Shown here: in pieces, positions 32,960 through 42,608 of the stretch | Layout of the letters: each line of letters begins with the position of its first letter | Position numbering within the stretch: position 1 is the stretch's first letter | Assembly: GCA_038231135.1 (NCBI GenBank) | Contig: JBBRLX010000004.1 | Span: 154,064 to 218,063, forward strand | Length of the DNA: 64,000 bases | Source of the DNA: Candidatus Eiseniibacteriota bacterium | Lineage (GTDB): Bacteria > Eisenbacteria > RBG-16-71-46 | Direction of reading: 5' to 3' | Notes under the pieces: model-generated | What the model saw: only the letters and a program-made list of their open reading frames with translations | Told to the model about the DNA's origin: nothing | Database searches by the model: none | Made by a program: the position numbers and the translations under genes

Positions 32960-33613
32960 ATGAAGACCCTGCTGAAGAATTCGTTGCCGAAGCCCGTCTG
33001 GGCGTTTCTCAGGGGGTCGTATTACGGCATGCGGACGCTGCAGCTGAAGCTGCTGGGCCGGCCCCGGTTCACGGGCGAGACCACCAAGGCGTTCCACCGG
33101 CGGTTACGCGAGGGGTTCTTCGACAAGTACTGTCAGGGTCGCGGCCTCGATATCGGCTACGGCGGCGATCCCATCACGCCGAACGTCGAGGGGTGGGACT
33201 TCGAGGACGGCGACGCCCAGTACCTGGCGGGCGCACCGAACGAGGCCTACGACTTCGTCTACGCCTCGCACACGATCGAGCACATGGTCGACTGCGACAT
33301 CGCGCTCACGAACTGGTGGCGCGTCACCAAACCGGGCGGCTACCTGCTGCTGTACCTGTCGCATCGCGAGATCTACGAGAAGAAGCCCACGCTGCCCTCC
33401 CGGTTCAACTCCGACCACAAGCACTTCTTCCTGCCCGACCGCGACGAGCCGCCGGACACGCTCGGCGTGCGGCCGCTGCTCGAGCGCGTGCTGCCGGGTT
33501 CCGAGATCGTCTACGTGAAGGAGTGCGCGGAGGGCCACACGATCACCGATCCGATGCGCATGAGCGACGGCGAGTTCTCGATCGAGGCCGTGGTCCGCAA
33601 GCGGCCGAAGTAG
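32960..33613 (+). CDS. Methyltransferase domain protein
   Basis: GLDIGYGGD, YDFVYASHTIEH, KPGG. Confidence 0.8.
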   Translation: MKTLLKNSLPKPVWAFLRGSYYGMRTLQLKLLGRPRFTGETTKAFHRRLREGFFDKYCQGRGLDIGYGGDPITPNVEGWDFEDGDAQYLAGAPNEAYDFVYASHTIEHMVDCDIALTNWWRVTKPGGYLLLYLSHREIYEKKPTLPSRFNSDHKHFFLPDRDEPPDTLGVRPLLERVLPGSEIVYVKECAEGHTITDPMRMSDGEFSIEAVVRKRPK

Positions 33614-33617
33614 CGCG

Positions 33618-34718
33618 TCAGGACCGCGGCCGCGCCACTTCGCGCAGCACCGCCAGCGCCGCCTCGGCGGTCCTTCGATAGGTCAGCTCCCCCGCGCGGG
33701 CGCGCGCGGCCGGGCGCATCGCGTCGCGCGCCGCCGCATCGCCCGCCAGCCGCGTCACCTCGCTCGCCCACGCCGCAGGATCGCGCGGATCGACGTAGTC
33801 CGCCGCCGCCGCCCCCACCTCTCGGAATGCCGGAATGTCCGAGGCCACGATCGGCAGCCCATGCGCGAGGCCTTCCGCCAGCGGCAAGCCGAAACCCTCG
33901 TAGACGCTCGGGAACAGCAGTAGCTCGGCGTTCGCGTAGAGCCACGCCAGTTCCGACGGCTCGACCCAGCCCAGGTGCTGTACGCCGCGGGCGCCCGCGG
34001 CCGTCGCGAGCCCGGTGATCGACGGGTATGCGGGTTCGACCGGCCCGGCCGCCACGAGCGCCAGCGGCGGCGTGGCGCCCATCGCGGCCCACGCACGCGC
34101 GAGCACTCCGAGATTCTTGCGCGGCCGGTTGTCGCCCACCAACAGCGCGAACCGGCCGGGCGCGAGCCCGGCAGGACGCGAGGGCGTGAGGCCGGGCCGC
34201 CACGGCAGCACGCCGAGCAGAATCGCACGCACGCGCTCCGGCCGCGCGTGCGTGAGCGCCAGGATCTCGCTGCGGCTGAACTCGCTCGAGGTGAGGATCA
34301 TGCGTGCGCGGAACGCGAGTCCGAGGCTCGCCTCGTAGAGCAGGTTCCACACCGGCGACCGCCGGTAGCGCAACGGTTCCACGTCATGGAGCGTGAGCAC
34401 CTCGGGCACCCCGGAAGCGACGGGCCGCAGCGCGAACGGGCTGAAGTAGACGGACGGCTCGAGACCGCGCAGCCACGCCCCGGTCTGGATCGTGCCCCAG
34501 GGCTGGACCGGATCGATCGCGCGCTCCACCCACGTCACCCGCGGATTCGCGCGCAGCCGCTCGAAATCGTAGCGCGTCTGGCGCAGCCCGCGATTCCACA
34601 GGAGCACGTAGCGCTCGTCGCCCGGCAACCCCAGCAACTCGTCGATCAGCGCGAACGCGTGGGTGCCGATGCCGGCAAAGTGGTCGTTGGCGTAACGCAG
34701 GTCGTACGCGACGATCAT
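33618..34718 (-). CDS. Glycosyltransferase family 4 (GT-B)
   Basis: TLHDV, PRKNL, FPSVYEGFGLPLAE. Confidence 0.9.
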   Translation of the reverse strand: MIVAYDLRYANDHFAGIGTHAFALIDELLGLPGDERYVLLWNRGLRQTRYDFERLRANPRVTWVERAIDPVQPWGTIQTGAWLRGLEPSVYFSPFALRPVASGVPEVLTLHDVEPLRYRRSPVWNLLYEASLGLAFRARMILTSSEFSRSEILALTHARPERVRAILLGVLPWRPGLTPSRPAGLAPGRFALLVGDNRPRKNLGVLARAWAAMGATPPLALVAAGPVEPAYPSITGLATAAGARGVQHLGWVEPSELAWLYANAELLLFPSVYEGFGLPLAEGLAHGLPIVASDIPAFREVGAAAADYVDPRDPAAWASEVTRLAGDAAARDAMRPAARARAGELTYRRTAEAALAVLREVARPRS

Positions 34719-34955
34719 GCGTGCGTCACCGCGGCGCGGGGCTTCGGCATGCCATCCTCCGTGCGAGCGCCGCCACTCCCTGCGGAGGCGCGGGCGCACC
34801 ATAGCACGAGCGCGTGGCCGTCCGGCGCGTCCCCGGGCGGTGGCGGGATCGCTGCGGACGCACTCGCAATGGACCGCCTCGCGGCGCCCGAAATCCCTGG
34901 CGCCGGTGTCACGCGACTCTTGATGCGCGCCCCGGCGCCCTCCTAGACTGGGGTC

Positions 34956-36818
34956 ATGCCGGCTCTCTATCTGGTGGTGGTCTCGGCGCTCGTGGCGTTC
35001 ATCGCCTACCGCACCTATGGCGCGTTTCTCGCGGCCAGGGTGGTGACGCTCGACGACCTGCGCGTCACGCCGGCGCACACGCTCGAGGACGGTCGCGACT
35101 ACGTGCCCACCCACAAGTGGGTGCTGTTCGGCCACCACTTTGCCGCGATCGCGGGCGCGGGCCCGCTGATCGGCCCGGTGCTCGCCGCCCAGTTCGGCTA
35201 CCTGCCCGGGTTCCTGTGGCTGCTCGTCGGCTCCGTGCTCGCGGGCGGCGTGCACGATTTCGTGATCCTGACCGCGTCGGTGCGCAGCAACGGCCGCTCG
35301 CTCGCGAACATCGCCCGCGAGCAGGTGAGCCCCGTCACCGGCACCGCCACCGCGATCGCGATCGTGTTCGTGATGGTCGTGGCGCTCGCGGCCATGGCGC
35401 TCGTGGTGGTGAATTCGCTCAAGGGCAGCCCGTGGGGCGTGTTCAGCATCGCGTGCACGATCCCGATCGCGCTCGCGATGGGCGTGTGGTCGCACACGAT
35501 CCGCCCGGGCGCGTTCCGCGGCGTCACGGTGTTCGGGGTGGTGATGCTGCTGGCGGCGGTGGCGGGCGGCGCGTGGGTGCAGAACTCGCCGTGGCGCGGC
35601 GCGTTCACCCACCCCCAGCAGACGATCGCGATCGGACTCATGGCGTACGGGTTCGTCGCATCCGTGCTGCCGGTGTGGCTGCTGCTGGCGCCGCGCGACT
35701 ACCTGTCGTCGTTCATGAAGATCGGCGCGATCGCGCTGCTCGCGATCGGAGTGATCCTCGTCAATCCCAGGCTCCAGATGCCGGCGCTCACGCCGTACAT
35801 CCACGGCGGCGGACCGGTATTCCCGGGCACGCTGTTCCCCTACGTGTTCATCACGATCGCGTGCGGCGCGATCTCGGGATTCCACTCGCTGATCGCGTCC
35901 GGCACCACGCCCAAGATGATCGATCGCGAGCGCCACATCCTGCCGATCTCCTACGGCGCGATGGTGGTCGAGGGCTTCGTCGGCGTCATCGCGCTGGTCG
36001 CGGCGTGCTCGCTCAATCCCAACGACTACTTCGCGATCAACGCCCGTCCCGAGGTATTCGCGAAACTCGGCCTCGCCGTCCAGCACCTGCCCGCGCTCGA
36101 AGCGCAGGTCGGGGAACAGCTCGCCGGCCGCCCCGGCGGCGCGGTATCGCTCGCGGTCGGCATGGCGCAGATCTTCTCCTCGATCCCCGGGCTCAGGGGG
36201 CTGATGGCGTTCTGGTACCACTTCGCGATCATGTTCGAGGCGATGTTCGTGCTGACGCTGATCGACGCCGGCACGCGGGTCACCCGCTACATGCTGCAGG
36301 AGGTCGGCGGCATGGCCGTGCCGGCGCTGCGCGCGTGGCTCGGGTTCGCGCCCGCGATCGTGTTCAGCGCGATCGCGGTGGCGGCGTGGGGCTACTTCGT
36401 GTGGACCGGCAGCGTGAGCGCGATCTGGCCGATGCTGGGGGTGAGCAACCAACTGCTCGCCGCGTTCGCGCTCGCGATCGGCACGTCGGTGCTGATCAAC
36501 ATGGGCAAGGCGCGCTACGCGTGGTGCACGGCGATTCCGCTGGCGTTCATGTGCGTGAACACGCTCACCGCCGGTTGGATGAATCTTAGGATCAACTATC
36601 TCGCGCCTCAGCTCGCGCAGGGCGCGCCGGGCCTGCTGGCCGCGTTCGCCGCGGCGCCGATGCCCGCCCGGCTGCAGTGCGTGATCACGCTGGTCGTGAT
36701 GGCGCTGCTGATCGTGGTGATGGGCGACAGCCTCTACCGCTGGTCGGCCGGCCTGCGCGGCCGCTCGATCGCGGACGCCGCACCCGACGCGGTGCTGCCC
36801 GAAGCCAGGGCGAGCTGA
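34956..36818 (+). CDS. cstA: Carbon starvation protein A family transporter
   Basis: [50 protein letters not shown]. Confidence 0.94.
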   Translation: MPALYLVVVSALVAFIAYRTYGAFLAARVVTLDDLRVTPAHTLEDGRDYVPTHKWVLFGHHFAAIAGAGPLIGPVLAAQFGYLPGFLWLLVGSVLAGGVHDFVILTASVRSNGRSLANIAREQVSPVTGTATAIAIVFVMVVALAAMALVVVNSLKGSPWGVFSIACTIPIALAMGVWSHTIRPGAFRGVTVFGVVMLLAAVAGGAWVQNSPWRGAFTHPQQTIAIGLMAYGFVASVLPVWLLLAPRDYLSSFMKIGAIALLAIGVILVNPRLQMPALTPYIHGGGPVFPGTLFPYVFITIACGAISGFHSLIASGTTPKMIDRERHILPISYGAMVVEGFVGVIALVAACSLNPNDYFAINARPEVFAKLGLAVQHLPALEAQVGEQLAGRPGGAVSLAVGMAQIFSSIPGLRGLMAFWYHFAIMFEAMFVLTLIDAGTRVTRYMLQEVGGMAVPALRAWLGFAPAIVFSAIAVAAWGYFVWTGSVSAIWPMLGVSNQLLAAFALAIGTSVLINMGKARYAWCTAIPLAFMCVNTLTAGWMNLRINYLAPQLAQGAPGLLAAFAAAPMPARLQCVITLVVMALLIVVMGDSLYRWSAGLRGRSIADAAPDAVLPEARAS

Positions 36819-36834
36819 CGGCACCGGCCTCCCC

Positions 36835-37401
36835 ATGCGACGCACCGTCGTGATCGCGATCGCGCTGCTGGGATTGTGGACGTGGCATGTCGAGCTGTTC
36901 CACGTCAGCCCCCGCGGCGCCATCCCCCGCCCGCTGGCCACGGTCGCCGATTCCGCGCGCCGTGCCGTCGCCGTCGACGTGGTGCTGCCGCAGGTCCCGG
37001 GCGGCATGCGCCGCCTGCAGAGCGGCGCCGGCGTGCTGCTCGTGCACTACTGGGCGCCGTGGGAACACGACGGCGCCGCGCAGGCGACCGCGCTCGACTC
37101 GCTCCGCCACGAGCCGGGCATGGAAGAGATTCAGATCGTGATCGTATGCTTCGACCCGTTCCCGTCGGTGGCGCGCTACGTCGGCAAACACCAGTTGCGG
37201 CTGCCGGTTCTGCTGGATCACGGTCACCAGCTCACCCAGCCCCTGCCGTGCCCGAGCCTGCCCTACACGTATGTGATCGACCGCGGCGGCAGCATCGCGG
37301 TGGCCCAGGGCGGCGAAGTGGACTGGCTGTCCGCCGCCACCCGGCGGGCGCTGCGCGCGGTCGTCGCCGGGACTCCGCGGCCGGCCGAGCCGCCGTCGTG
37401 A
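36835..37401 (+). CDS. TlpA-like thioredoxin-fold protein lacking CxxC
   Basis: LLVHYWAPWEHDG in place of W.WC.PC; LPYTYVIDRGG; N-terminal anchor. Confidence 0.7.
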   Translation: MRRTVVIAIALLGLWTWHVELFHVSPRGAIPRPLATVADSARRAVAVDVVLPQVPGGMRRLQSGAGVLLVHYWAPWEHDGAAQATALDSLRHEPGMEEIQIVIVCFDPFPSVARYVGKHQLRLPVLLDHGHQLTQPLPCPSLPYTYVIDRGGSIAVAQGGEVDWLSAATRRALRAVVAGTPRPAEPPS

Positions 37402-37695
37402 CTCGTGTCGATCCCGGCTGCGCCCGGGGCGCACGGCTCGGCCTCGCGCTGGGCGACGCACTCGGGACGACTCTCGAGTTCCAGACACGCGATTCGCAAC
37501 CGCCGCTGACGGATCTCGTGGGCGGGCCAACTCGCGGGAGCGTTGTGCGGCGAACAGGCGCTGCCGACGGATTGGCTCGAACGGCAGGCGTGGCGCGAGC
37601 GGATCGTGGAGCTCGCGGATGCGCTGGCGCGGACCGCCAATGAGTCGGCCCCAGGCCGCGGACCTTCGCGACCGCCGGGACGCCCGGCTCCATGA
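37398..37695 (+). pseudogene. ADP-ribosylglycohydrolase (DraG-like) gene with a large internal deletion
   Basis: N-terminal RGARLGLALGDALGTTLEF..RDSQPPLTDLVGG is joined out of frame at about 37525 to C-terminal GQLAGALCGEQALPTDWLE..AWRERIVELADAL. Confidence 0.8.
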
Positions 37696-37840
37696 CGACG
37701 GCGCCATGCCGGGCGGCGGCACGATCCCCGCCACCCGTCGCCTCGCCTCCCGGTGTTCACCGGACGGGCGGCCCGGACTGCACATTCGCGACGGCGCATT
37801 CTTCGGGCGCAGGCGCGGACGGCTACGGTATGATTCCCGC

Positions 37841-39697
37841 ATGTGGTACTCGCTCCTCCCCCTGCTCGCCCGCCTGATGATCCGGCTCGGCCGGACGCCT
37901 CCCGAGTCCGCGCCCACGCTCGGCCAGCTCCACGATGCGCTCGACGACGCCGACTGCCTGATCTTCGAGGGCCGGCTGAACGACGGCGCACAGGTGCTCG
38001 ACCGGATACGTGCGCCGATCGACCGCATCCAGGGCAGCGACGGAGCCATCCATCGCGCCTGGCACCGGCTGGCATGGTCCGAGCTGCTCGCGGCCGACCG
38101 CGATCGCGTGCGCACCAAGGTCGAGGAGGCGCTCGAGGAATTGTCGGGCGCCGAGCCGGACTCGCGACGGACGGATCTCGAGACCCGCGCCTGGGCCGCG
38201 CTGGGGTTCCATGCCCGGCCCGGCGACGCGGACCGGTACTTCTTCGAATGCGCGGACCGTGCGCTGGCGCGCGCCGCCACGACCGGCCGACCGGATGCGC
38301 TGCTGCAACTCGTGTTCCTCGCCAACAACCTCGGCAGCGTCCACCGCATCCAGGGCGATGCCGCGGCATCAGTGGCCCACTACGAATCGGCGATCCGCAT
38401 CGCGGAGCGGCTGCGCCGGCCTGGCGAAGGCCTGCCGCAATCGTCATGGTCGGCGCGCGCCCGGGTGCTGTTCTGGTCGCACGCCCGCAGCATCGCCTCG
38501 TCGGCCGCCATGGAGCTGGGCGAAGTCGCCTGGCAGCTGGGCGACCGCGAGCGCGGCCGCGGCTGGTTCGACCGCGCCGTGACGTTGCTCGACGGCGCGC
38601 AGCTGCCCGAGGCGCGGCTGCCGCGGGCACGCGCGCTGTTCTGCCGCGCGTCGCATCGTGAGTCCGATGCGATCCTGGATCCCCGGGCCCAGGTCGCGCC
38701 GTTCGAGGACGTGATTCGCGAGGCGCTGGCGACGCAGTTCGACTCGGGCAGGGTGCTCGCCGCTGAAGCCGAATTCGCGATCGCCACCGTGTACGAGAAT
38801 TCCGGGGCGACGGACCCGGCAGCGGATCGCTACCGCCGGGTGCACGATCACCTCGCCGGCATTCCCGTCTCGAAGGGGTTGCCGCATCGGCCCCGCGCAG
38901 CGCAGTGCCTCGGGATGCTGCTGCGCTCGACGAACGATGGCGACGGCGCCATCGCCATGTTCGCCCAGGCGCTCGAGCTGGGGCGTGAGTCCCCGAATGC
39001 GGACGCGCGGCACATCGCCGTCGTCGCCGCCCACCACCTGCACGGCTCCCTGATCCATGACGACCGCACCGCCGAGGCCGCCACAGCGCTCGCGGCCATG
39101 GATGCGCTCATCCCGACGCTCGATCCCGGGCCCCGTGTCACCACGTCGCTGCTCGCCGCCCGCAGCCGCGCCTATCAGTACCGGAACGAGGACCGGCTCG
39201 AGGACGCGAGGATCGTGCTCGACAACGCCGTCGCGCATGCGAAGCAGTTCGGCCTGAGTCATTCCGGCACCGCGATCGCGATCGACACCGATCTCGGCGA
39301 TCTGCTGGTGTCGCTGAGCCTGCCCGGCGAGGCGGCGGCGTGCTTCGAGCGCGCGCTCGAGGCGCCGGCCGCCTCGGCCCCGTCCGGCGACGGCATGACC
39401 ATGCGCGCGGAGCTCGAGCTCAAACTGGCCCGCGCCCTCATGGAACTGGACCAGAAGCCGCGCGCACGCAATGCCCTGAAGCGTGCCCAGGAGCTGGGAC
39501 GCGACAGCGGCACGGCGGCCGGTCGCGAAGCTGCGGCCGCCGCGGCCATGTACCTCGGCGACCTCGAGGACGTGGTGCCCGGCCTCAGGCGGGAGCACTA
39601 TGAAGTCGCGGCCCGCCTCGCCCGGCTCAGCGGTCGCGCGAGCGGCGCCGAGCTGGTCGAGGCGATCGAGCAGCGGCTGGGCGGCACCCAGGAGTGA
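37841..39697 (+). CDS. TPR-like helical repeat hypothetical protein
   Basis: Long ORF with NNLGSVH..QGD...YESAI-type TPR helices; TATGAT lies 6 nt before the ATG. Confidence 0.7.
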   Translation: MWYSLLPLLARLMIRLGRTPPESAPTLGQLHDALDDADCLIFEGRLNDGAQVLDRIRAPIDRIQGSDGAIHRAWHRLAWSELLAADRDRVRTKVEEALEELSGAEPDSRRTDLETRAWAALGFHARPGDADRYFFECADRALARAATTGRPDALLQLVFLANNLGSVHRIQGDAAASVAHYESAIRIAERLRRPGEGLPQSSWSARARVLFWSHARSIASSAAMELGEVAWQLGDRERGRGWFDRAVTLLDGAQLPEARLPRARALFCRASHRESDAILDPRAQVAPFEDVIREALATQFDSGRVLAAEAEFAIATVYENSGATDPAADRYRRVHDHLAGIPVSKGLPHRPRAAQCLGMLLRSTNDGDGAIAMFAQALELGRESPNADARHIAVVAAHHLHGSLIHDDRTAEAATALAAMDALIPTLDPGPRVTTSLLAARSRAYQYRNEDRLEDARIVLDNAVAHAKQFGLSHSGTAIAIDTDLGDLLVSLSLPGEAAACFERALEAPAASAPSGDGMTMRAELELKLARALMELDQKPRARNALKRAQELGRDSGTAAGREAAAAAAMYLGDLEDVVPGLRREHYEVAARLARLSGRASGAELVEAIEQRLGGTQE

Positions 39698-39748
39698 GTC
39701 GTTGACCGGAACCGTATTCCGGGAACCGCGACGGGTACGGCCAGCGCG

Positions 39749-41302
39749 TCACGCCGCGCCCGGTAGCACGACCACGAACCGGGCGCCGCGCGGAACGTTG
39801 CGCTCGGCGCGCACCGCTCCCGTGTGACGGCGGACGATCTCGCTCACGATCGCGAGACCGAGCCCCGAGCCGTCCTGGTGGCGCACGCCGCGGGCCCGGT
39901 AGAACCGCTCGAACACGTGCGGCAGGTCCGCGTCGGCGATGCCGGGCCCGTCGTCGCTCACCACCAGGACCCATCGCCCGTCCGCGGCCGGCGTCAGTTG
40001 CAGCTCGACCGTCCCGCCCGGTGGCACGTAGCGGAGCGCGTTGGCCAGCAGGTTCTCGATGACCTGTTCGATGCGCCGCCCGTCGGCGATCACCCACGCC
40101 GGCGCATCGGGTCCGGTCCAGCAAAGTGCCAGCCCCACCTCGCGGAACCGCGGCTCGAACCGCCGCGTCACGTTCCGGCACAGTGCCATCCAGTCGAGAC
40201 GTACGCACACCAGAGGTTGCGCCCCGGCTTCGAGCCGCACGAGGTCGAGGAGATCACTCGTCAACAGGTCGAGCCGCTTGGCTTCGTCGAGCACATCGTG
40301 CAGGTAGGTGCTGCGCTCCTCGGGCGTGGTCGGCACCAGTGGATCGAGCAGCGTCTCCACGTAGCCACGGATCGACGTGAGCGGCGTGGCCAGCTCGTGC
40401 GTGATGTCGGCGAACAGCCGGCGCCGCTCGAGGTCGGTGCGCTGGAGCTGGTCACGAGCCGCGGCGAGCCGCTCGGTCATGCGATTGAACCGCTCCTCGA
40501 GCATGCCGATCTCGTCCGCCCCGGTGCGCTCCACGCGCGCGGCCAGGTCGCCTGCGGCCACGCGCTCGGCGACCCGGTCGAGCGCCTGGATGCGGCGCGC
40601 GATCAGGCGCACCATCACGAGCCCCGCCGCACCCGCGGCCAGCACCGCCAGCGGCATGAACAGCAGCAGAGCGCGGGACTCGGGGCTGCCCCACGGCCCC
40701 GAGGCCTCCTCGGTTCCGACCGCCACCAGTGTCCCCAGCAGCGTCGCGTTGCGTTGCACGCGCTGCGAACCCAGCAGGATGAGTTTGCGATTACGCGGCG
40801 CGAACGGCGGATCGAACTCCTCCCCCGGCGGACGCCGGCCCGCGAACGGCGGCCCCCCCGTGGGAGGTCCGCCGTCCGGCCCGGGTCCACCTGCCATGCC
40901 GGTCGGCGGCGGACGTTCCGGTGGCGGCCCGCCCGGCGCCACGATCCCCTGGTCCACGGCCAGGGCATGAATCTGACGCGGCATCTCCGGCGGCAGCGGG
41001 CGCTCCGGGATGAACCGGCCTTCCGGCAGGAACAGCGCGAGCACTCCCGCGCCGCCGTCCAGTCGATTCGCGCGCAGCACCCGCGCGATCTCGCGATCGG
41101 CGGCGGGCTGGGACAACTCGAGCAGCTCGGGCCGGGCCCGCGACATCGCCGCCGCGGCCCGGTCGCGGAACGCGGCGAGCGTCAGCGGCCGGATCACGGC
41201 GAAGCTCAGCACCAGCTGCAGTGCGCTCGCGACCGCGAGCACCAGCAGGAACACCCCCGCGAACGTCCAGAACAGACTGCGGGTCCGCGACGCGCCGGTC
41301 AC
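39749..41302 (-). CDS. HAMP-domain sensor histidine kinase
   Basis: Two TM segments, HAMP, ITHELATPLTSI, NLLANA, DDGPGI, GSGLGL. Confidence 0.93.
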   Translation of the reverse strand: MTGASRTRSLFWTFAGVFLLVLAVASALQLVLSFAVIRPLTLAAFRDRAAAAMSRARPELLELSQPAADREIARVLRANRLDGGAGVLALFLPEGRFIPERPLPPEMPRQIHALAVDQGIVAPGGPPPERPPPTGMAGGPGPDGGPPTGGPPFAGRRPPGEEFDPPFAPRNRKLILLGSQRVQRNATLLGTLVAVGTEEASGPWGSPESRALLLFMPLAVLAAGAAGLVMVRLIARRIQALDRVAERVAAGDLAARVERTGADEIGMLEERFNRMTERLAAARDQLQRTDLERRRLFADITHELATPLTSIRGYVETLLDPLVPTTPEERSTYLHDVLDEAKRLDLLTSDLLDLVRLEAGAQPLVCVRLDWMALCRNVTRRFEPRFREVGLALCWTGPDAPAWVIADGRRIEQVIENLLANALRYVPPGGTVELQLTPAADGRWVLVVSDDGPGIADADLPHVFERFYRARGVRHQDGSGLGLAIVSEIVRRHTGAVRAERNVPRGARFVVVLPGAA

Positions 41303-41303
41303 G

Positions 41304-41984
41304 TCAATCGTCCGCGAACCGGTATCCCGCGCCCCACACGGTCTGCACGTGCAGCGGGTGGTCGGGGTCGAGCTCGACCTTCCTGCGCAGCCGGCTCATC
41401 AGGTTGTCGATCGACCGCTCGCCCACGATGCGGTCCGTGCCCCACACGTGCTCCATCAGCGCCTCGCGGCTGAACACGCGCCCCGGGTGCGACGCCAGGA
41501 ACCACAGCACGTCGAACTCGAGCGTCGTGAGCGTGATGCGCGTGTCCGCGCGCACCGCCTCACGCCGCACCGGATCGATCCGCAGCGCGCCGAACTCGAG
41601 CGGGCGCTCCCGCGGCCCCGCCGACGTCCGGCGCAGCAACGCGCGCACGCGCGCCACCAACTCGGACGTGCTGAACGGCTTCGTCAGGTAGTCGTCGGCG
41701 CCGATCTCGAGGCCCAGCACCTTGTCGCCCTCGCTCGAACGCGCGGTCAGCATCAGGATCGGCACGTCGCTGTCGCGGCGCACCCGCCGGGTGATTTCGA
41801 GCCCGCTCAGTCCCGGCAGGCCGATGTCGAGCACCAACAGCGCCGGGCGTCGCTGCTCGAATGCTTCGAGCGCCGCATCGCCTTCGCTCACCCACACGCA
41901 TTCGTAGCCCGCGGCGCCGAGGTTCTTGGCCACCAGCGCCGCGATGCGCCGATCGTCCTCGACCACGAGGATCACGGGTTTCAT
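41304..41984 (-). CDS. OmpR-family response regulator
   Basis: VVEDD, LDIGLP, GADDYLTKPF, winged-helix VQTVWGAGY. Confidence 0.95.
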   Translation of the reverse strand: MKPVILVVEDDRRIAALVAKNLGAAGYECVWVSEGDAALEAFEQRRPALLVLDIGLPGLSGLEITRRVRRDSDVPILMLTARSSEGDKVLGLEIGADDYLTKPFSTSELVARVRALLRRTSAGPRERPLEFGALRIDPVRREAVRADTRITLTTLEFDVLWFLASHPGRVFSREALMEHVWGTDRIVGERSIDNLMSRLRRKVELDPDHPLHVQTVWGAGYRFADD

Positions 41985-42030
41985 GGACAGCGTGCACCCT
42001 CCGGGTCCGGCCCCCGCCTGCGCGCCGCCG

Positions 42031-42576
42031 TCATCGTGACGGCGGTGGTGGTGGGCCGGGCTCGCCCGCCGGGCGCGCCTCGCGCATCCGGCGCAACGGT
42101 TCTCGCTGCGCGGGCGAGAGCCGGGCGTACTGGCCGAGCACGGTCGTGACCCGCGCCGCGAGGATCCGGTGGCGCAGCTCGGTGAAACGCGTCAGCTGCG
42201 TGTCGATGGCCTGGGCGTCGGGATGCTCCGCATCGAGCAGCGCGTCCAGCCGCAGCATCGCGCGGCGCGCCTCGGCCTCGAGCGGCCGGCACGTTTGCTC
42301 CTCGGCCTGCCGTAGCGTCGCGAACGCCGTGCGCTGTGCATCGCTCATCCCGACGCGGTCGAGTTCATCGGGCCGCGCGCCGAGCGGCGGACCGCCCCGG
42401 CCGGGCGGTCCCATCCCCGGTGGCGGCATGCCGTGATCGCCGGGGCCCGGGCCGTGAGCGTTCGGCCGCTCGGAGCCACCGGATCCGGGCGGCCCCTGCG
42501 CGCGAACCGCGGCGGCCGCAAGCATCCCAAGGCTCACGAGCGTCACGACCGCCGCTGCCATGCCTCGTTGGTTCAT
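42031..42576 (-). CDS. Spy/CpxP-like periplasmic protein
   Basis: Signal peptide, Gly/Pro-rich segment, MSDAQ and LSPAQ (LTxxQ-like) motifs. Confidence 0.75.
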   Translation of the reverse strand: MNQRGMAAAVVTLVSLGMLAAAAVRAQGPPGSGGSERPNAHGPGPGDHGMPPPGMGPPGRGGPPLGARPDELDRVGMSDAQRTAFATLRQAEEQTCRPLEAEARRAMLRLDALLDAEHPDAQAIDTQLTRFTELRHRILAARVTTVLGQYARLSPAQREPLRRMREARPAGEPGPPPPPSR

Positions 42577-42608
42577 GAGGTCCCTGCCTCCATTCGTGCG
42601 GGAGCGCG

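Noticed and set aside
33618..37007. 1129-aa ORF and many other long overlapping ORFs
   Set aside because: These are high-GC shadow frames antisense to real genes such as cstA; only the GT4 part is supported.
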